Under the pieces are notes generated by a model, which saw nothing but the letters and a program-made list of their open reading frames with translations, had not been told where the DNA came from and made no database searches. The translations under genes and the position numbers were made by a program. From Spirogloea muscicola (lineage: Eukaryota), in NCBI GenBank assembly GCA_009602725.1, contig WELB01000029.1, forward strand, positions 301,737-365,736: 64,000 bases of DNA. Direction: 5' to 3'. Below, one piece after another: positions 12,105 to 26,200 of this stretch. The first letter of the stretch is position 1. Each line of letters starts with the position of its first letter.

Positions 12105-15100
12105 ATGGCCGCCGCCGAGGCGGGCCGCCAAGCCGACGTCCCACACACCGGACTCGAGCAGCAGCGCGACCGGCGGCCCAGCAGGAGAGCAGCGGACATC
12201 GAGGGCTCTCTGATGCCAATCACCAGCACAACAGGCGATCGCGTCTACGCCACGTTAGAAGGGTCTCACCAGGATGGCAGGAGGGACGTCCTCCATTGTC
12301 GAAGCCAAACTCTTCCTGGTGAGAAGCTCAGTGAATCACTGAAGTGCTCCATCTGCAGTCCCACTTGACGAGAAGCGGCTGCCCCGCCAATTAATTGGGC
12401 GCCAAGAGGGATCAGATTACGTCATGGAGTTCTCGTCGAGGCCTCCCTGTATACACGCATTAGTGCAGCATAACTCGTCGAGCACATTTGTCTTGACGTA
12501 GGAAAGACAGCGTAAACATGCACGACCCGACCGGTACTGATCAATCACTTGCACGGCACTTTCCAGATGTCAATTGCCTCCTCTCGCAGCCTGTTGAGAA
12601 GCTGGTGGAGCTTGTGGAGCATGCACGCCTCCAGAAAATCGTTGATGTAAGGCCACTAATTTGCCATGCAACGCAGATTCTCTGTGAGCTGAGGACCCAG
12701 AAGTGATCCTGTTGGCTTTGGACACACAGAAAAGTTTGCCAGCTCGATACGCACTAAGCTATCCATGGCAACTGCACCTTGAGCAGGACGCAGACCGAGA
12801 ACTAGCTGCAGAGGGCACCACGAGTCCAACAAGTGTTGTGCAGGCGCAGCTCTGGGTGGATAAGTACACTCCTCGGGCCTTCACGGAGCTTCTTAGTGAC
12901 GAGCACACAAACAGAGAGGTGAAGCATGTGCTACATAGCTTATCCATTCTGTTAACAGGCGAAAGTTGTCAGCCTCACCTACACCTAGCATTCGTTTGCA
13001 GGTCCTCAAGTGGCTGAAGGACTGGGACGGCCTGGTGTTTGGGACCCGTCAGACAGCAACGACTGCTGAAGTGCTGCAGGCACTCCGACGGAGCAGCCAT
13101 GCTTTGTCGTCAACATCTGCCAGAGTAAGAAACAAGCCCGGTATGAGGCCTCATGGATCACACGGTGGCGGTGGGGCTGAAGGCCGCGGCTGGAGCAGAG
13201 AAAGAGGAGGAGCAAGCGGCAGGGGTAGCAGGGAACTTTATCGGGAGCAGGGAGGAGAGGCAGGGCAGAAGGCGCGAAGGTGGGGAGATGGGCACGACAC
13301 AAGAGCGCAGGAGTCTGTGCCTGTTGTTGCTGAGAGCTCTCAGCAGCTTGGCTCAGGAGAAGCAGCAGTGAAAGGAGGACCGATTCAGAAGGTGAGATGT
13401 CAACATTTGCTTCGGCTGTGACAATGACCCTTTGTTCCATCCACGTCCAGAGCAAGGCAAGCAATACTTGGAGAAGGAGAAGGACTTATATATTGCGTGT
13501 TGTCTCCTGAATTAAGGTCATCCTGCTCTGCGGGCCACCAGGATTGGGGAAAACGACGCTGGCTCACATTGTCGCAGAGCATTGCGGCTACCGAGTTGTG
13601 GAGGTCAGATCGTACAGCCCTGTCCTGCTTACTGTTCCTGCTTACGTCCAATAACAGACGAATGCTACCAGGCCTTAAACTCTGGAGGTTAGCTGCTGAT
13701 CTGGATGGTGCTACATACATTCTGTTACCTGTACTATAGCTGCACAAGATGGTGACTATGCTGTCGTAGCACTTTCACACAAATGTCACAGCTTTCAAAT
13801 TGCAGATCAATGCCAGTGATGATAGGAGCTCCAGCAGAGTGAAAGACAAAATGCTTGATGCAGTCCAGATGCAACCTGTCATCACAGATGGCAGACCAAA
13901 CTGCTTGGTAAGAGGCAGCTGCCATCTCAAGCAGAGGCGGTGGCACTGCAGCATTGACTAGACATGCCCTTACCTCACCTCTCCAGGAACAGGATATGTA
14001 GCACAATCAGTAGGAAGTCACTTTCAAGTGATTTGCAATGCCCACCAGTCTTTTTTAGCCTGCACACTTACCATGTTGTCTATATCGATCTATGACCAGA
14101 TCATTGATGAGATCGATGGTGCTCTAGGCGGCACCGATGGCAAGGGGGCAATTAGTGCACTGCTTGACATTGTGAGTACTCTTTCAAACACAAACAATTA
14201 CGCATCTCGAACTGCCTGCAATGCTTCAGCCACTAGCAAGGCGATGCTGTCCCAGCACAACATCTTTTGCCAGGCTCAAGGGACTGCCCTCATTGAATGC
14301 AGGTCACAGCAGAGCACCGGCTTGCCAAGAGAGAGCAAGAGTCAGTGGAAGGAAGTGATGCTCTGGTATCAAAGTCCAAGAAGGCAAGGAAGGCTTCGTT
14401 CAAGGGGAAGCTTAACAGGCCTGTACGGTATTGATGCTAATGTCTCAAAGATCATCACAAGAAGCTTGTCTAGCATTCCTTGCATGCACCGACTATCGTT
14501 GTCATGCTACTACTGTTATTCTGATCTGCATAACTTGCATATGATCTGCATACTGTGCATAGCATATGTTGTTCCTTACGACTTCATCTCAGGGCGTCTT
14601 CAAGTTGCTGGGAGAGTGCACTTACAAAGGTGCTGCATGCTCATGTAGGTCATTTGCATATGCAATGATCTCTATGCACCGGTACTCCGACCTCTGCGAG
14701 AAATTGCAAAGTGAGGGTTCAATTCATCCTGAGGTCCTACTCTTCATTGATCCTCCTCCCAGTGATGGCCACACCTGACAATTATGTTTAAGCTCCCTCC
14801 TGAGCTTTTACTGCTGCTGGGTCAACCTTGACGTGAGAGTTGTCATTTTGCCAGGGTGTTCGTCTTTGAGCCCCCTTCTGTGTCACGGATGGTTTCAAGG
14901 TCTGTTGCTATCCTGAGGCGCATAAAGCAATGCTAAAAATGTGCAATGGAAGATACATATGTGCAAAGCTTCCCTGATTGTAACACAGTACAAGGACATC
15001 TAAACAGCGCTTTTGTGTGAGGACATATGTACATGTAGTGCTTTCACCATTGCAGAGCCTCTTGTAGGACAAGCGCTTGTAAGCATGGCAAGCACAAGCA

Positions 15101-18100
15101 GGACTTACCAACATGACTTGCCAACATGACCGGTATTGGATGCTTATTACTCAGGCTTAAGTATATCTGTGAGGTGGAGGGCTTCAAGGCTGATGCCTGT
15201 GCACTTACCGCATTAGCTTCTCACACTGGTGAGGAGACTGAGGGAACCTGCAGAGAGAGGCCCCTCTTCCACATCGTTTCGCTCCGATGCTGTTCATAAA
15301 TCTCAACTTGCAATATTCAATTCCTAGCACACTAGCTCTTATAAGGCAAGTGAATCCTCGACAAAGAAGCAGGGATAACGTAGAGTTACGGTATTTAGGC
15401 TTTAGAGCTGCTTAAGCAGTCCTGCCACTATGTGCAGCTTGGTTGCTGTTCTGTAAATCAAGTGATTTCACAGCATGACTTGCTGTCTCAGAGTGTGACA
15501 TACGTTCGTGTCTGAATACCCTTCAGTTTCTGCACAGCAAAAGATCTTCCCTCTCAGTAAGTGGCAAGCCAGTGTAACAACCATGGACGCTGTTCTCAAA
15601 GTTGTGTTTGTGTGTCACAGTAATCTGTGTGGATCAACGCTGACACTGCTATTTCAGTACCACATTGTTGTTGAGTATGATTCCAAACCACCACGCTGAG
15701 GAAGAAGTGCTCCTCCGCATCTCTGCTTGCAGATGGATGTTGAGTCACAGATAGTTGGACGAAAGGACATGACAAGAAATATGTTTCACATCTGGCAAGA
15801 GGTTTGCAAACAATCACTTATAATCACTTATACAGATGCTGCTCTATGTGTACATGTGTGCCTCTGCAGCAAGTGCTTAAACCTTACATGCATGGTTGTG
15901 TGGCTTTCTCAAGTCGTCTTGTATGATGATGGGTAGGTATTTCAATCAAAGAAACGGAAGGACGGGGAGAGAGATGAACATGCTGATTTCTCTAGGTTGC
16001 ACGCTCTCATCTCAAGCCAGTAAGAAATTTCCTGGCTTCCAGTATTTCTTGTTTGTGCATTAGTACAGGTTTAGTATATACAGCACCTCTTCTGCATTGT
16101 GGCTTAGCCACTTCGCTCTTGTAAACCTAAACAAGGGCCCTGCACGCATGGAGGTATAGCCATCCAAAGACTAGCTGAGCTCCTCAATGTCCCGGTTGTC
16201 AGAAGTTGCCTATGTCTAATTCATGCCTGTTGTGAGCCAGGCACGTCTTGAAATTCTTATCAATCTTTAAGCTTTGTGATAAACACGAGTTGATCATTGC
16301 TAGCAATTTTGTTGTATGCCAGAGGAGACAGTGAGCTTATCATGGCTGGCATCCACGAGAACCTGCACTCTACAAGCTATCATGATACATACTTTGCAAA
16401 GACAGTAATAACCATACCATCCAGATACGAACTTTATCAAGCCAATATGTACCTGCCTGCATGAAAGCCACATTTGGTGGATTGTACTCAACATGTAATA
16501 ATTGCAGATAGAGATGGGAGGTGCGAATGGCACATGCTGCAACCATTTGACAAGGGGATGGGTGGTTGAGCACCAGGTGCAATGCATGGACTGGATTGCA
16601 GAGTCGGACATCATTGGACAGCAGGGTTTCAGCCGCCAGCATGGATATCTTCACTGTGAGTTTCTGGACTTGTGGCAGATTATGTTGCACTTGATCTCTG
16701 AGCTCGAATGTCAAGCTAAGCGAATATGTTGAATAGTGATGTCATTGTACTTGCACAGTAAGTCCTCGAAGCTGTGATACATCAAGTTGCAACAGTATCC
16801 AAACTCATGGTCAAGCAAGGGACAGGAGACTTGTCCTAAAGTAATCCCATTACATCCTCAAGCCATATTAAGAGAGCCACTCATGCAGAAGCACTGCATC
16901 AGCACTGACAGTTGATCAAAGGGAATTGAACGTTACCCTGACAAAGTGGCGCCTCTTCTCATCAGGCACTCCCTTGCTTGTCTGCAGCTTATCAGGCAGC
17001 TCCAGTACTGGCAATCAGGCGCATGGTGGCCAGTAGTAATCGGCCTCACTTGAGATGGCCCAAGGCTCACTTCAAGTCAGTGTTGCTCGCTCCATTCTGG
17101 AGTGCCAGTGGTTGATGTCTTCTTTAGGCTCATTGTATGTTAGACACATGATGTTCCCGCTTGGTGGCGCATCATGCTGCCGGCTCAGTATCCTGAGCCA
17201 CACCATCATCGAGTGATATCTATAGCACAGACCAAGTTACGAGGTCTGGTGCAGGTTGTTATTTAGTGTGATATTGTCTTTGCTGAATAAAGCGTCAGCA
17301 TTGTTGCAGATTCAGGTCAGACCGCGCATCTAGGCAAGAGCTTCTGATCTTGTGGCGGGCCAAGCTGAATCCGGCGGTCTTCTGCTCCTGGGGCCCTGCG
17401 TGCGCCAGCCAGGATCTTGTCTCCTTCCTTCTGACCATACTCTCACCCTCTCTTCGACCTGTGGGTTACCTCTCATACCTGTCGCTTATTGACTTACTAC
17501 TTATGTATTTACAGCACATACATGCCCTTTCACTGAAAGAGAGGAACAGCAGCAGGGAGCTGAAGTCATTGATATTAATCATCTTCCCTGTGTGTTGCTC
17601 CTTTTGGTGTTTGGATTGTCATGCAGGTGTCACTCCAACTTCTCAGCAAAGCAGAGAAGAAAGGCATCGATGAACTTGTAGACACCATGGTGTCACTCGG
17701 CATTAGCTATCAAGCAGCAAAAGCCCCTACCCAGTCAGACACCCGGGCTTTGGAACAGTCTCTCATCCTTCAGATGGATCCCCCACTGGGTAACCTCGTC
17801 AACTACGAGGTGCGTGCAGGACGTCCAGATCCTGGCAAGAGAGCTCGAAGATTCAGCACCTCTGCTTTTCCATATGTGATGTGGTCACGCTGACTATGTA
17901 CTATAAGGCTGAAGCTCTGCTCATTTTCCCCATCCTCTAAACGTGTTGATGTCGACAAATGTGTGTGTATCGAGTGTCAGCTGAGTATAATATACAGATG
18001 TTCCTGCCTGACTGACTATCAAACAACAGCTTAGCCCACATTGCAGTGTGACTCAGCTTGCCCTAGTTGTGATGTTTATTTCTCACCAGAGCTCTTTGTC

Positions 18101-19554
18101 TGAGCACAACATTCTTTCTTCAACAATCAGGCAGATGCTGGCACATGAGGTGGATACTCTACTTTCATCAATCATATGTCCAAGCTGTTGCTCTTTGAAT
18201 ACTTATCCTCGTATGTATGAGACAATTCTGTGCGTTGCTTATGTTCTTATTCTTCACTCCTACTCTGCTCGTTGCCACTCCTGATATAAGACATCAGGAG
18301 AGGCCGTAATGGTTGATGCCGGATTTACACAGGAATAACTGGTGATGATATTGATGCCTTCTTAGCTGCTTCTTCTGCTTGTTTGTTTGCAGGTTGAGTT
18401 GGAGAGAATCAGGCGTGATTGTGCCTCAAGAAAGTTTCAGAGCATTGATGTAAACAAGCACAAGGCTGAAGCGCCAATCGTACTTCCACCAAAAAGTATG
18501 GTTACACTTCAGAAAGAGCACCACCCTAGACATTTATGTCAGGTTGTATGACGCTACTGCCAAGTAACTCCAAGGCGTTGCAAGACATGTCAGCTCTTGA
18601 CATACCGTCTGCCCAAGCAGATGTAGAGAGGCTAACACAATCATCTCTGACAGGTGAACACGACAAGGAAAATGAGCTGCCCGCATATGGAGGCACTTCT
18701 GCTGACAAGAAGAAAGACAAGCACGTATATCATGCAGCAGCTTTTCAACAAAGCTCTAGCTCAAGACTATCTGTCCAGGCTCAGAAGCCCTCTGTTGACT
18801 TCTTTGGCAGGTGGGTGCTGCCTACTGACCAACATTGGAACCCAGACTTCTGCAGGCAAATTGCTGCATTCCAATGTGCCAGTATGTTATTACTTACAGG
18901 TGAAAGAGCAGAGGCTGCAAGCACAAGACTATGCTTACTTGCTTGCCAGTGCAAACAGTGGCATCACAATGCAAGGGTTTCCATGGACTCACTGGATACT
19001 CAACCCAAAATACTGCTACTTAAGCAAATATGGAGACAGTGAGCAGAGGCGGAGCTTGCATGGGAGGCGAAGGCGCTGCTCCTGCTCGTGTACATTGCTC
19101 CCAAGATTGCTGCTGCAGAATGCATAATGCTATGTCAATGCTGCTTGAAGCAGATGCTTAGGAGCTGGTCACAAGCAGGGCGTACATAGAAGAGGCTCAG
19201 TAACTTTCGACACAGCTGCTCGCGATGCCCTGCCAGTGCTCTACAAGTATCATGAGGTACATCAGAATCCACTACGTGCCAGCTAAATCATAGGACATGC
19301 TTGTGGTAGTCATGGAAGCTTGGTGATAGTCCACACACTTTGCGAGGTACTACTCCATGCTTCTCTTCACAATGTCTTGTTGGTGTGTTCCGCTTGACAT
19401 CCTTGAGGTCGACTAAAAGCATCAATAATTGTTGAAGTAACAGCCTAGCGTGGATAGCTTGCATGACCTCTTGTAAAACGTGGCCCTTGATCCTATTACG
19501 CAGGGCTTCACAAATGCTGTAAGAAGGCCAGTTCTAATCCGAGACCTCCTTTGA
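12105..19554 (+). CDS. CTF18: Chromosome transmission fidelity protein 18 (RFC-like clamp loader AAA+ ATPase)
   Basis: Exons encode [32 protein letters not shown], Walker [37 protein letters not shown], Walker [32 protein letters not shown] and C-terminal [21 protein letters not shown] (TGA 19552-19554). Confidence 0.95.
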
Positions 19555-19789
19555 CAGACTCCATATGTGCATACATCACGAGTGGGGATGCCGTGAGATA
19601 TTTGCACTTGATGAAGATGTAGCTGTCTGGAAGCCAATTACCACCTGTTGTTAGCCTTGGCAACCAACTATGTGCAAGCTTTTCTTGATCATCTTCACAA
19701 ATGACGTGCATGTTTGCATAATGATATTAGGTGCAAATCTTGCAACTTAGAAGCTCACATGTATACAAGTTCCAGTAGGTCTTGCACGA

Positions 19790-21773
19790 TAGCTATAGGT
19801 CACGGTCGTATTGTGGCCATCTTGTTCTAAAAGCACTGCAGTGGCTCTGGACCCTTTGCAGAGTCGCACTCAAGGTTATCCCTGTCCATGTGGCATCACA
19901 TGCTTTGACATTAAAATCACAGAAAGCATCCGTGTACAAGAAATGTCTGAGCAGATATACAGCCCGTGCTGATTTCCACCGCAGCATAGCACGGTGGAAT
20001 TCTGTTCAGCAAAGGCCTGAGCTTCAAGCAGACACAATGCACTGTATTTTGTACAAAGGCAAGGCTTTTCATCGAGCCTGTCAATCTCAATACCTGTGAT
20101 GTCGCATTGTAGTACGGTGTATGCAGCCAATGAGGCTGGGTGCCCAACTCAGGTCTGCATACGCATGGAGGCTAGGGCAAGCTGCCTGTTACTTGGCAAA
20201 AGCGGATTGAAAGTATTTCCACATGTTGCAGGTTTACATGTGTATGCCCGCCAAGCTGATACCCACAACACAGTATGGTCTGGTACCATAATCGGGCGGT
20301 TCCAATAGTTGTTGCCCAGTGGCTCCAAGCACTCACTAGCCTTCCTTACGTTGTCAAGCACGAATTCATGTGACCTGCGACCACAGTGTGATCGGATGCT
20401 ACACGTTGAGAAGTCCAGTGTGGGGTATTTGCGATGTGTCCAGGACTAGCATCACTTCTCTGACAAGCCACATCTCTAAGCAGCTGTAGTCATACTAAGT
20501 TGCTTTGATGAGTGCCCTTATTTATGCCAATACCTTATGTATGGTGGACAACTTTTTTAGCTTCAAGTGAAGCAACAGCTGCATCGTCGAGTGTCTGATC
20601 CAGGTTCGTGGGGGCCTTGCGTAAGAATCCCACAAAATTTTATGTCGTAGATTTGCCAAATAGGAACAAAATCAGTGCCCCATTGTTGCACGACAAGGAA
20701 GCAGCAGTAATTAAAGACTGCCTCATAGCAAACACCTCCTCAGAAAGAACTGAGTGAGCACCAAGATATAAGATTGTTGCCTGTGTTATTGTTGCCTGTG
20801 TTATTACATTATGTAAGATAGTTGGCGGTTGCTTTGACTTCAACATATTGCACATTGATCATAAAGTCAAAGGCAGTATGCCCATACTTTCACTTGACAA
20901 CAAATGGCATGTTTGTAGCATCCCGAGAATGAACAAGCCTCATATAGTGCACCAGACCGACTGTGCATGACCAGCTGATGAGATTGATTGCCTGGAGTTT
21001 CAGTGCAACAAATACTAGACAGCAACACATGTCATGCCCAATACTCTTGAACAAATTTCATGAAGTCCTTTTAATCCTTGACTCGATATCTGAAAGACCA
21101 CACTAGCGTTCAGGAGGAGAATCTTGTGTTGCTATTTACAACAGTTGCTGGCCAAGGCATATGTGATTATCTTCACTTGCTTAAGCTACCAGTCTGACGA
21201 GCAAGAGCTGACAAGCAACTCAAGTCTGGAAGCGAGTTCAGCTGGTTGCCCACGTTTCACACCTATGTGCATCTCCTAAGGCTGATACTGCTGTTGCAAG
21301 TTGTAGCCTTCATAACTTCATCAGGCCTTTCACCCAGTCTGTGTTCCTATAGCAGCTTCTTTGCTACAGATGCGTCCGTGCTGGCAGACGTTCTCGCAGA
21401 ATTTACCAAACCACCACTAGCAACCCAGACTGCTTGTACATTGGGGCTCATTGTCATCTCGATTTAGAGGCAGCTGCCTGTAGGACGTCTGCTTAATTGC
21501 CTAGGCGGTGCAGGGATGAAGGCTACCTTACTTAGCGACTTGCAAGATGCTTTAAGAATGAAGGACTGTCCAAATGACAGCCGAAACCAACGACCAGTCG
21601 ACGGCGAAACTTGAGCATTGGCATGTCTTTCTCTCAAATTCGGAGAATGAAGCACCCTGGAGGCGCAGCTCACCTGCCGCAGTGGCATGCAGGCAATGCA
21701 GCCGGGCATCACTGACATCGGCGGCTGCGCGGCACAATGTGCAGGCGGGCGCAGGCGCCACCGTCTCGCACAT
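19790..21773 (-). CDS. Possible multi-exon gene of unknown function
   Basis: GC-rich first-exon-like segment MCETVAPAPACTLCRAAADVSDARLHCLHATAA followed by a GTGAG donor (about 21670). Further AG..GT-bounded open segments, e.g. SHEFVLDNVRKASECLEPLGNNYWNRPIM (about 20288-20375) and AACPSLHAYADLSWAPSLIGCIHRTTMRHH (about 20095-20185). A full frame could not be assembled. Confidence 0.3.
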
Positions 21774-22531
21774 ACTTAAGCAGTACTTCGAGATGGCTGA
21801 TGAGTTGGCACACTCCCAACAGGGTGGCGATTAGGTGGTCCACCATCTTTTGGGTCCTGCATTCGCTGCTGCGTGCTTATTAAGAGGCAAGTGAATACCG
21901 AGTAATAGCTGTAATGTGCAGAGCTTTCTAGCCCCTTCGGACTTTGTCCATTTTTTGGTGGGCCGGCCTTTCACAGCCATCGCCTCACAAGAGATGATCT
22001 CTCACAGCGGTCGCCCTCCATTTGAGAGTGCTACTTCTGTTTTTGGCAACCTTTCTTTCTGGAGGTCTCCAAGGTGGCGGTGCGGGGCGGCTGAGAGAAG
22101 GGCGGCAGCGTGTCTGAACATGTCGATTGCCTACACAGTCATCACACGGGCACTTGGGCAGCTGGGTCAGCCAGTCTGCAGTAGCCTTCCCAAGGTCAAC
22201 CTGAGCCTCCTGGCGGCACCTCAACGGAGTGCCAACTGGGCAATAGTACGCATGGATACAAATGTTATCAGCCAGAGTGCAAAAGTAACGCCTATTTCGC
22301 CTTTCAGCAGGCGCCAACTTCCCAATCCTCTTCCTAGCACTTTCAATGCCACCTAGTAGTACCGCAAATCTGCTGTGCAATTATCATGTTGGTGTGTTGC
22401 ACAGTATGCAAGGCATGCATTGGATGCTGACATACTGCTGCAGATCTTTGTGTCCTTTATCTACGGATTTGATTTAAGACCTGTCTTCTTCACTCGCTCT
22501 TGAAGCTGCTCATATGGAGGCATATGTAGCC

Positions 22532-24820
22532 TCAGAAGTTCTCCACAACTTTGTTGTCTAATATCTCTATCCAGTAGCCATCAGGATCCTGGATAAAGGC
22601 AAGTCCCTTCATTTGTCCTGTCACAAACCTTTGCCTCAGTGAGCTGCACTGATGTAAAATTGTTAACGTAGGGAGTGTTGGTGCTCTAAATACAGGCCTC
22701 CTAAGAAGTGAGGCTATGAAGCCTGCATTGGCATCTGGCACAAGGAGTACCCACATTGATGCACGCACATACTACATAACTGCAAGCATGCCAGCAAGCT
22801 GCTGATTTCCCACAACACTGTAAACCTTGAATACCTTCATCAGGCCGTTTAACAAATTGGATGCCCAGCTGCTCAAATCGTTCACAGGCCTTACGAACAT
22901 CATCAACGACCAAACCTATGTGACCTGTGACCACATTCCATTAGATCCAACACTATGAGCATTTCAGAATGGAGGCTGAGATACGTCCACGATGGCCAAC
23001 TTACACATTTCCATGCCACATCTCCGATGCAGCCACGGTCACGTACAGATGCATTGGCTAGGTGGCGCGCAAAGACATGCTGAAGCTTCAGTGCACTTAA
23101 GAGCCTGCAAACTGCGTCTTATTTACACGTGAAGGGGGCTTTTCCTGCAAAGAGAATATACCATATCCTCGTGGGTCTTTGTTGCCATTGTGGTGTTGAC
23201 AGTTAGGATCAGATTCAGTGCCCCAATTGCTGCACAACAAGCATATCGATTGTTCAAGAAATACCTGAACAAGCACCTTGCCAGAACAGCCAGCACCAAG
23301 TCATAAGGATGTTGCCAATCAAAATCATATATGTAAGCCTGTACGTCAACTTTGAGGCAATGGCCTCATTGAAGCAATCCAGGTCAAACATTTTATAAAA
23401 TTCACAGTGGGAGATTTGGTGGATTAACTGTGTCAATTCCAACGTAGCTTTCCTAGAGAACAGCCAATTGACCCGTTCACTATCTTCCTGAGGTATTTCA
23501 CGTGGATCCTGCCAGCAAGGCCAGATAAATCATTAAACAAGTCATAGTGAACCCTCTTGAGGTTCTCTGACCACACCATTGGCAACTGACTCTATAGACA
23601 ACAGCACGTCTTGCTCTTGGTCTGTGACTTGGGTGCAATCTCGGTGCTTGACAACAGGGCATACAGCACAACAGACTGCTTGGAATACTGTTCAATCTGA
23701 ACACACTATATACATTTTCCATCGTCCTTTATAAGGGGTACAGGACAGAGCTAGTCAGCAGCTGTGCTAACCTCATAGCCCATGAAATATATGGAAAACT
23801 TGCCAGTAGGATAATCGAGCCTCTTCAAAAGCCTGGCACCAAAATTAATTAAATGGCTGAAGGTCAATGGCATGAGACGAAAGAATTTTATCGCCACTTG
23901 CAGCCTAATAGTAGGAAAAGGTCGCAAGCAGGAGTAGGTTCATTAAGAACGAGCTATCTCAAGCGACATGCCACAGAACGAGCTTGTACAACTAGCTAGT
24001 GACAGAGAAGTGCCTAGAGATTGCCAGTGCACAACTTTGATCAGATGTCCACCTACGTCATGCCCAACACTCTCGAGTAGAAGTCAAGACTCGCCTTTGG
24101 ATCCTTGATCCGATACATCTGGAAGCTCACAATCGCGTAAGCAAGGAGATTAAATCAACAAAACCTTGGAAAGTAGTATTTGCTGACTGCAGAATATGTG
24201 ACCATATTTACCAGCAAAACTCCCAGCTTACACGCTACAGAGACAAGTCTATGTGAGAGCTCAGCTCATATGCCACAGCTCTTTCATGTCAGAGTGCATC
24301 ACCGCGTTGGCAATTACTGTTTGCTGAAAAATGTAGCCTTTTGTAGTCTCATCAGGCGTTTCACACAGTCCAGGGTTGTTGGCCGCAGCTTCCTTCGGTA
24401 CTGGCGCGACCATGCTGGCGGATATTCTCGCCGATATTACGAAGCCACTACTGGCGACCTGAAACTAACACACCGCGGCTCACTGTCTTCGTCGAGAGAT
24501 CCAAAGGCAGCTGCAGTAGGATGCCTGGCTGGGGTCAAGTGTGGTAACGGCAATGAAGGCGGAATCATCCGGTAATGACTCAGCAGATGCAACAAACAGC
24601 ACTGAAATCGAGAGCGACGAAGCATTACAATTTATAACAGTTTTCCATTCTCAGTCGAGGGCGAGAGCCGAAGACGTGAGAGCCGGTGGCATGTCCTCCG
24701 GCTCACTCCGACAGCTGCAGCCACATCAAACGGGGCACCGGAAGGCACAGCTCACCTGCCGCCGAGGCGCGCAGGCGAGGCAGCCGGGCCGGGCCCGCGG
24801 CGGCGGCGGTGGCGGCGGCC
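22532..24820 (-). CDS. GLXI: Lactoylglutathione lyase (Zn-type glyoxalase I) with N-terminal transit-peptide-like extension running into gap 24821-25107
   Basis: (...[29 protein letters not shown])[73 protein letters not shown]|...[15 protein letters not shown]...[60 protein letters not shown]...ENF*. Confidence 0.95.
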
Positions 24821-25584
24821 NNNNNNNNNNNNNNNNNNNNNNNNNNNNNNNNNNNNNNNNNNNNNNNNNNNNNNNNNNNNNNNNNNNNNNNNNNNNNNNN
24901 NNNNNNNNNNNNNNNNNNNNNNNNNNNNNNNNNNNNNNNNNNNNNNNNNNNNNNNNNNNNNNNNNNNNNNNNNNNNNNNNNNNNNNNNNNNNNNNNNNNN
25001 NNNNNNNNNNNNNNNNNNNNNNNNNNNNNNNNNNNNNNNNNNNNNNNNNNNNNNNNNNNNNNNNNNNNNNNNNNNNNNNNNNNNNNNNNNNNNNNNNNNN
25101 NNNNNNNCCGGCAGCTAGTCTGTCGGATGTGAGGCTCCTCACTCGTAACTACTAAGTGGTCCATCCTCCCCCGTTCTGCCATAGCCTCTTCAGGCCCCGC
25201 AGTCGCTGCTTAGCTCGTAGTTTGGCCCCTTCGAACCTTGTCAATTCTTTTCGGGCTGGCTTCTCACAGCCCTTGCCCCCATTGGGAGAGCCACTTCTTC
25301 CTTCCTCTTTTGAAGGCAAGCGCGGCCAGATTTAAGTGGTGGCTGGGAGAGCCAAAAGGAATGGACGAGGTCTGAAGGAGCCGGAGCGCTAAGGGCCGGA
25401 AGGCGCATAAAGCAGGACGTCACTTGTCGTCGAGGTGACTCTTTGCCACCAGTCAACCTGGCAGCCTTTTCTTCTTTTGCCAGCTCCAAAAAACTTGTCC
25501 AGCGCGGCGCAAACGTGGCGCCGGGGAGCTGGCGGCGCCCAGTGGCCGACAATGCGCGCCGTGCTGCGGCTGCCACGCGCCTCC

Positions 25585-26200
25585 TTTAGACCCGTGGTTT
25601 CTAGGCGGGTCAATCTATTGTAGGTTATGTAGGTCTTAAGATGTGCTTGCCTTTGTACGTGGCCATGTGGCCTTCGTTTGTTTCAAATACACGTAAAATA
25701 CTTCTTTCTTCCTTTAGACCCGTGGTTTCTGAGCGGGTCAATCTACTGTAGGTTATGTTGGTCTTAAGATGTGCTTGCCTTTGTACTTGGCCATGTGGCC
25801 TTCGTTTGTTTCAAATACACGTAAAATTTCCCTTTAGACCTCGTCCATTCCTTTGGGCTGGCCTCTCCCAGCCACCAGTCAACCTGGCCGCGCATTTCCC
25901 TTTTTTACATTCCTTTGGGCTGGACTCTCACAGCATAACTGTCGTTCTTGCGACGACGAGTCTCGGCCTGTTTGCAGCGTGCTCAGGCTAATGATTTGCA
26001 CCAGACAGCTGGGCGAGCTCTAGTTGGTGGCAGGAGGGCTTTGTATCTCTGCCATCTAGTATTTAGGCATCACTTAGCGACCTTTATGTTTTGACCCGTG
26101 GTTACGAGCGGGTCAATTGCTGTAGGTAATGTAGGTCTTCAGATGTGCTTGCCTTTGCGCTTGGTCACTTGGCCTTCGTTTGTTTCATATACACGAAATT
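25585..26200 (+). repeat. Three copies of a ~120-bp unit beginning with a GACCCG..CGGGTC hairpin
   Basis: Copies at about 25585-25698, 25712-25828 and 26090-26198: tttagacccgtggtttctaggcgggtcaatctattgtaggttatgtaggtcttaagatgtgcttgcctttgtacgtggccatgtggccttcgtttgtttcaaatacacgtaaaat. Confidence 0.9.

Noticed and set aside
11032..12219. Several long overlapping ORFs on both strands
   Set aside because: Stop-poor GC-rich divergent promoter between EAF6 and CTF18; no recognisable domains.
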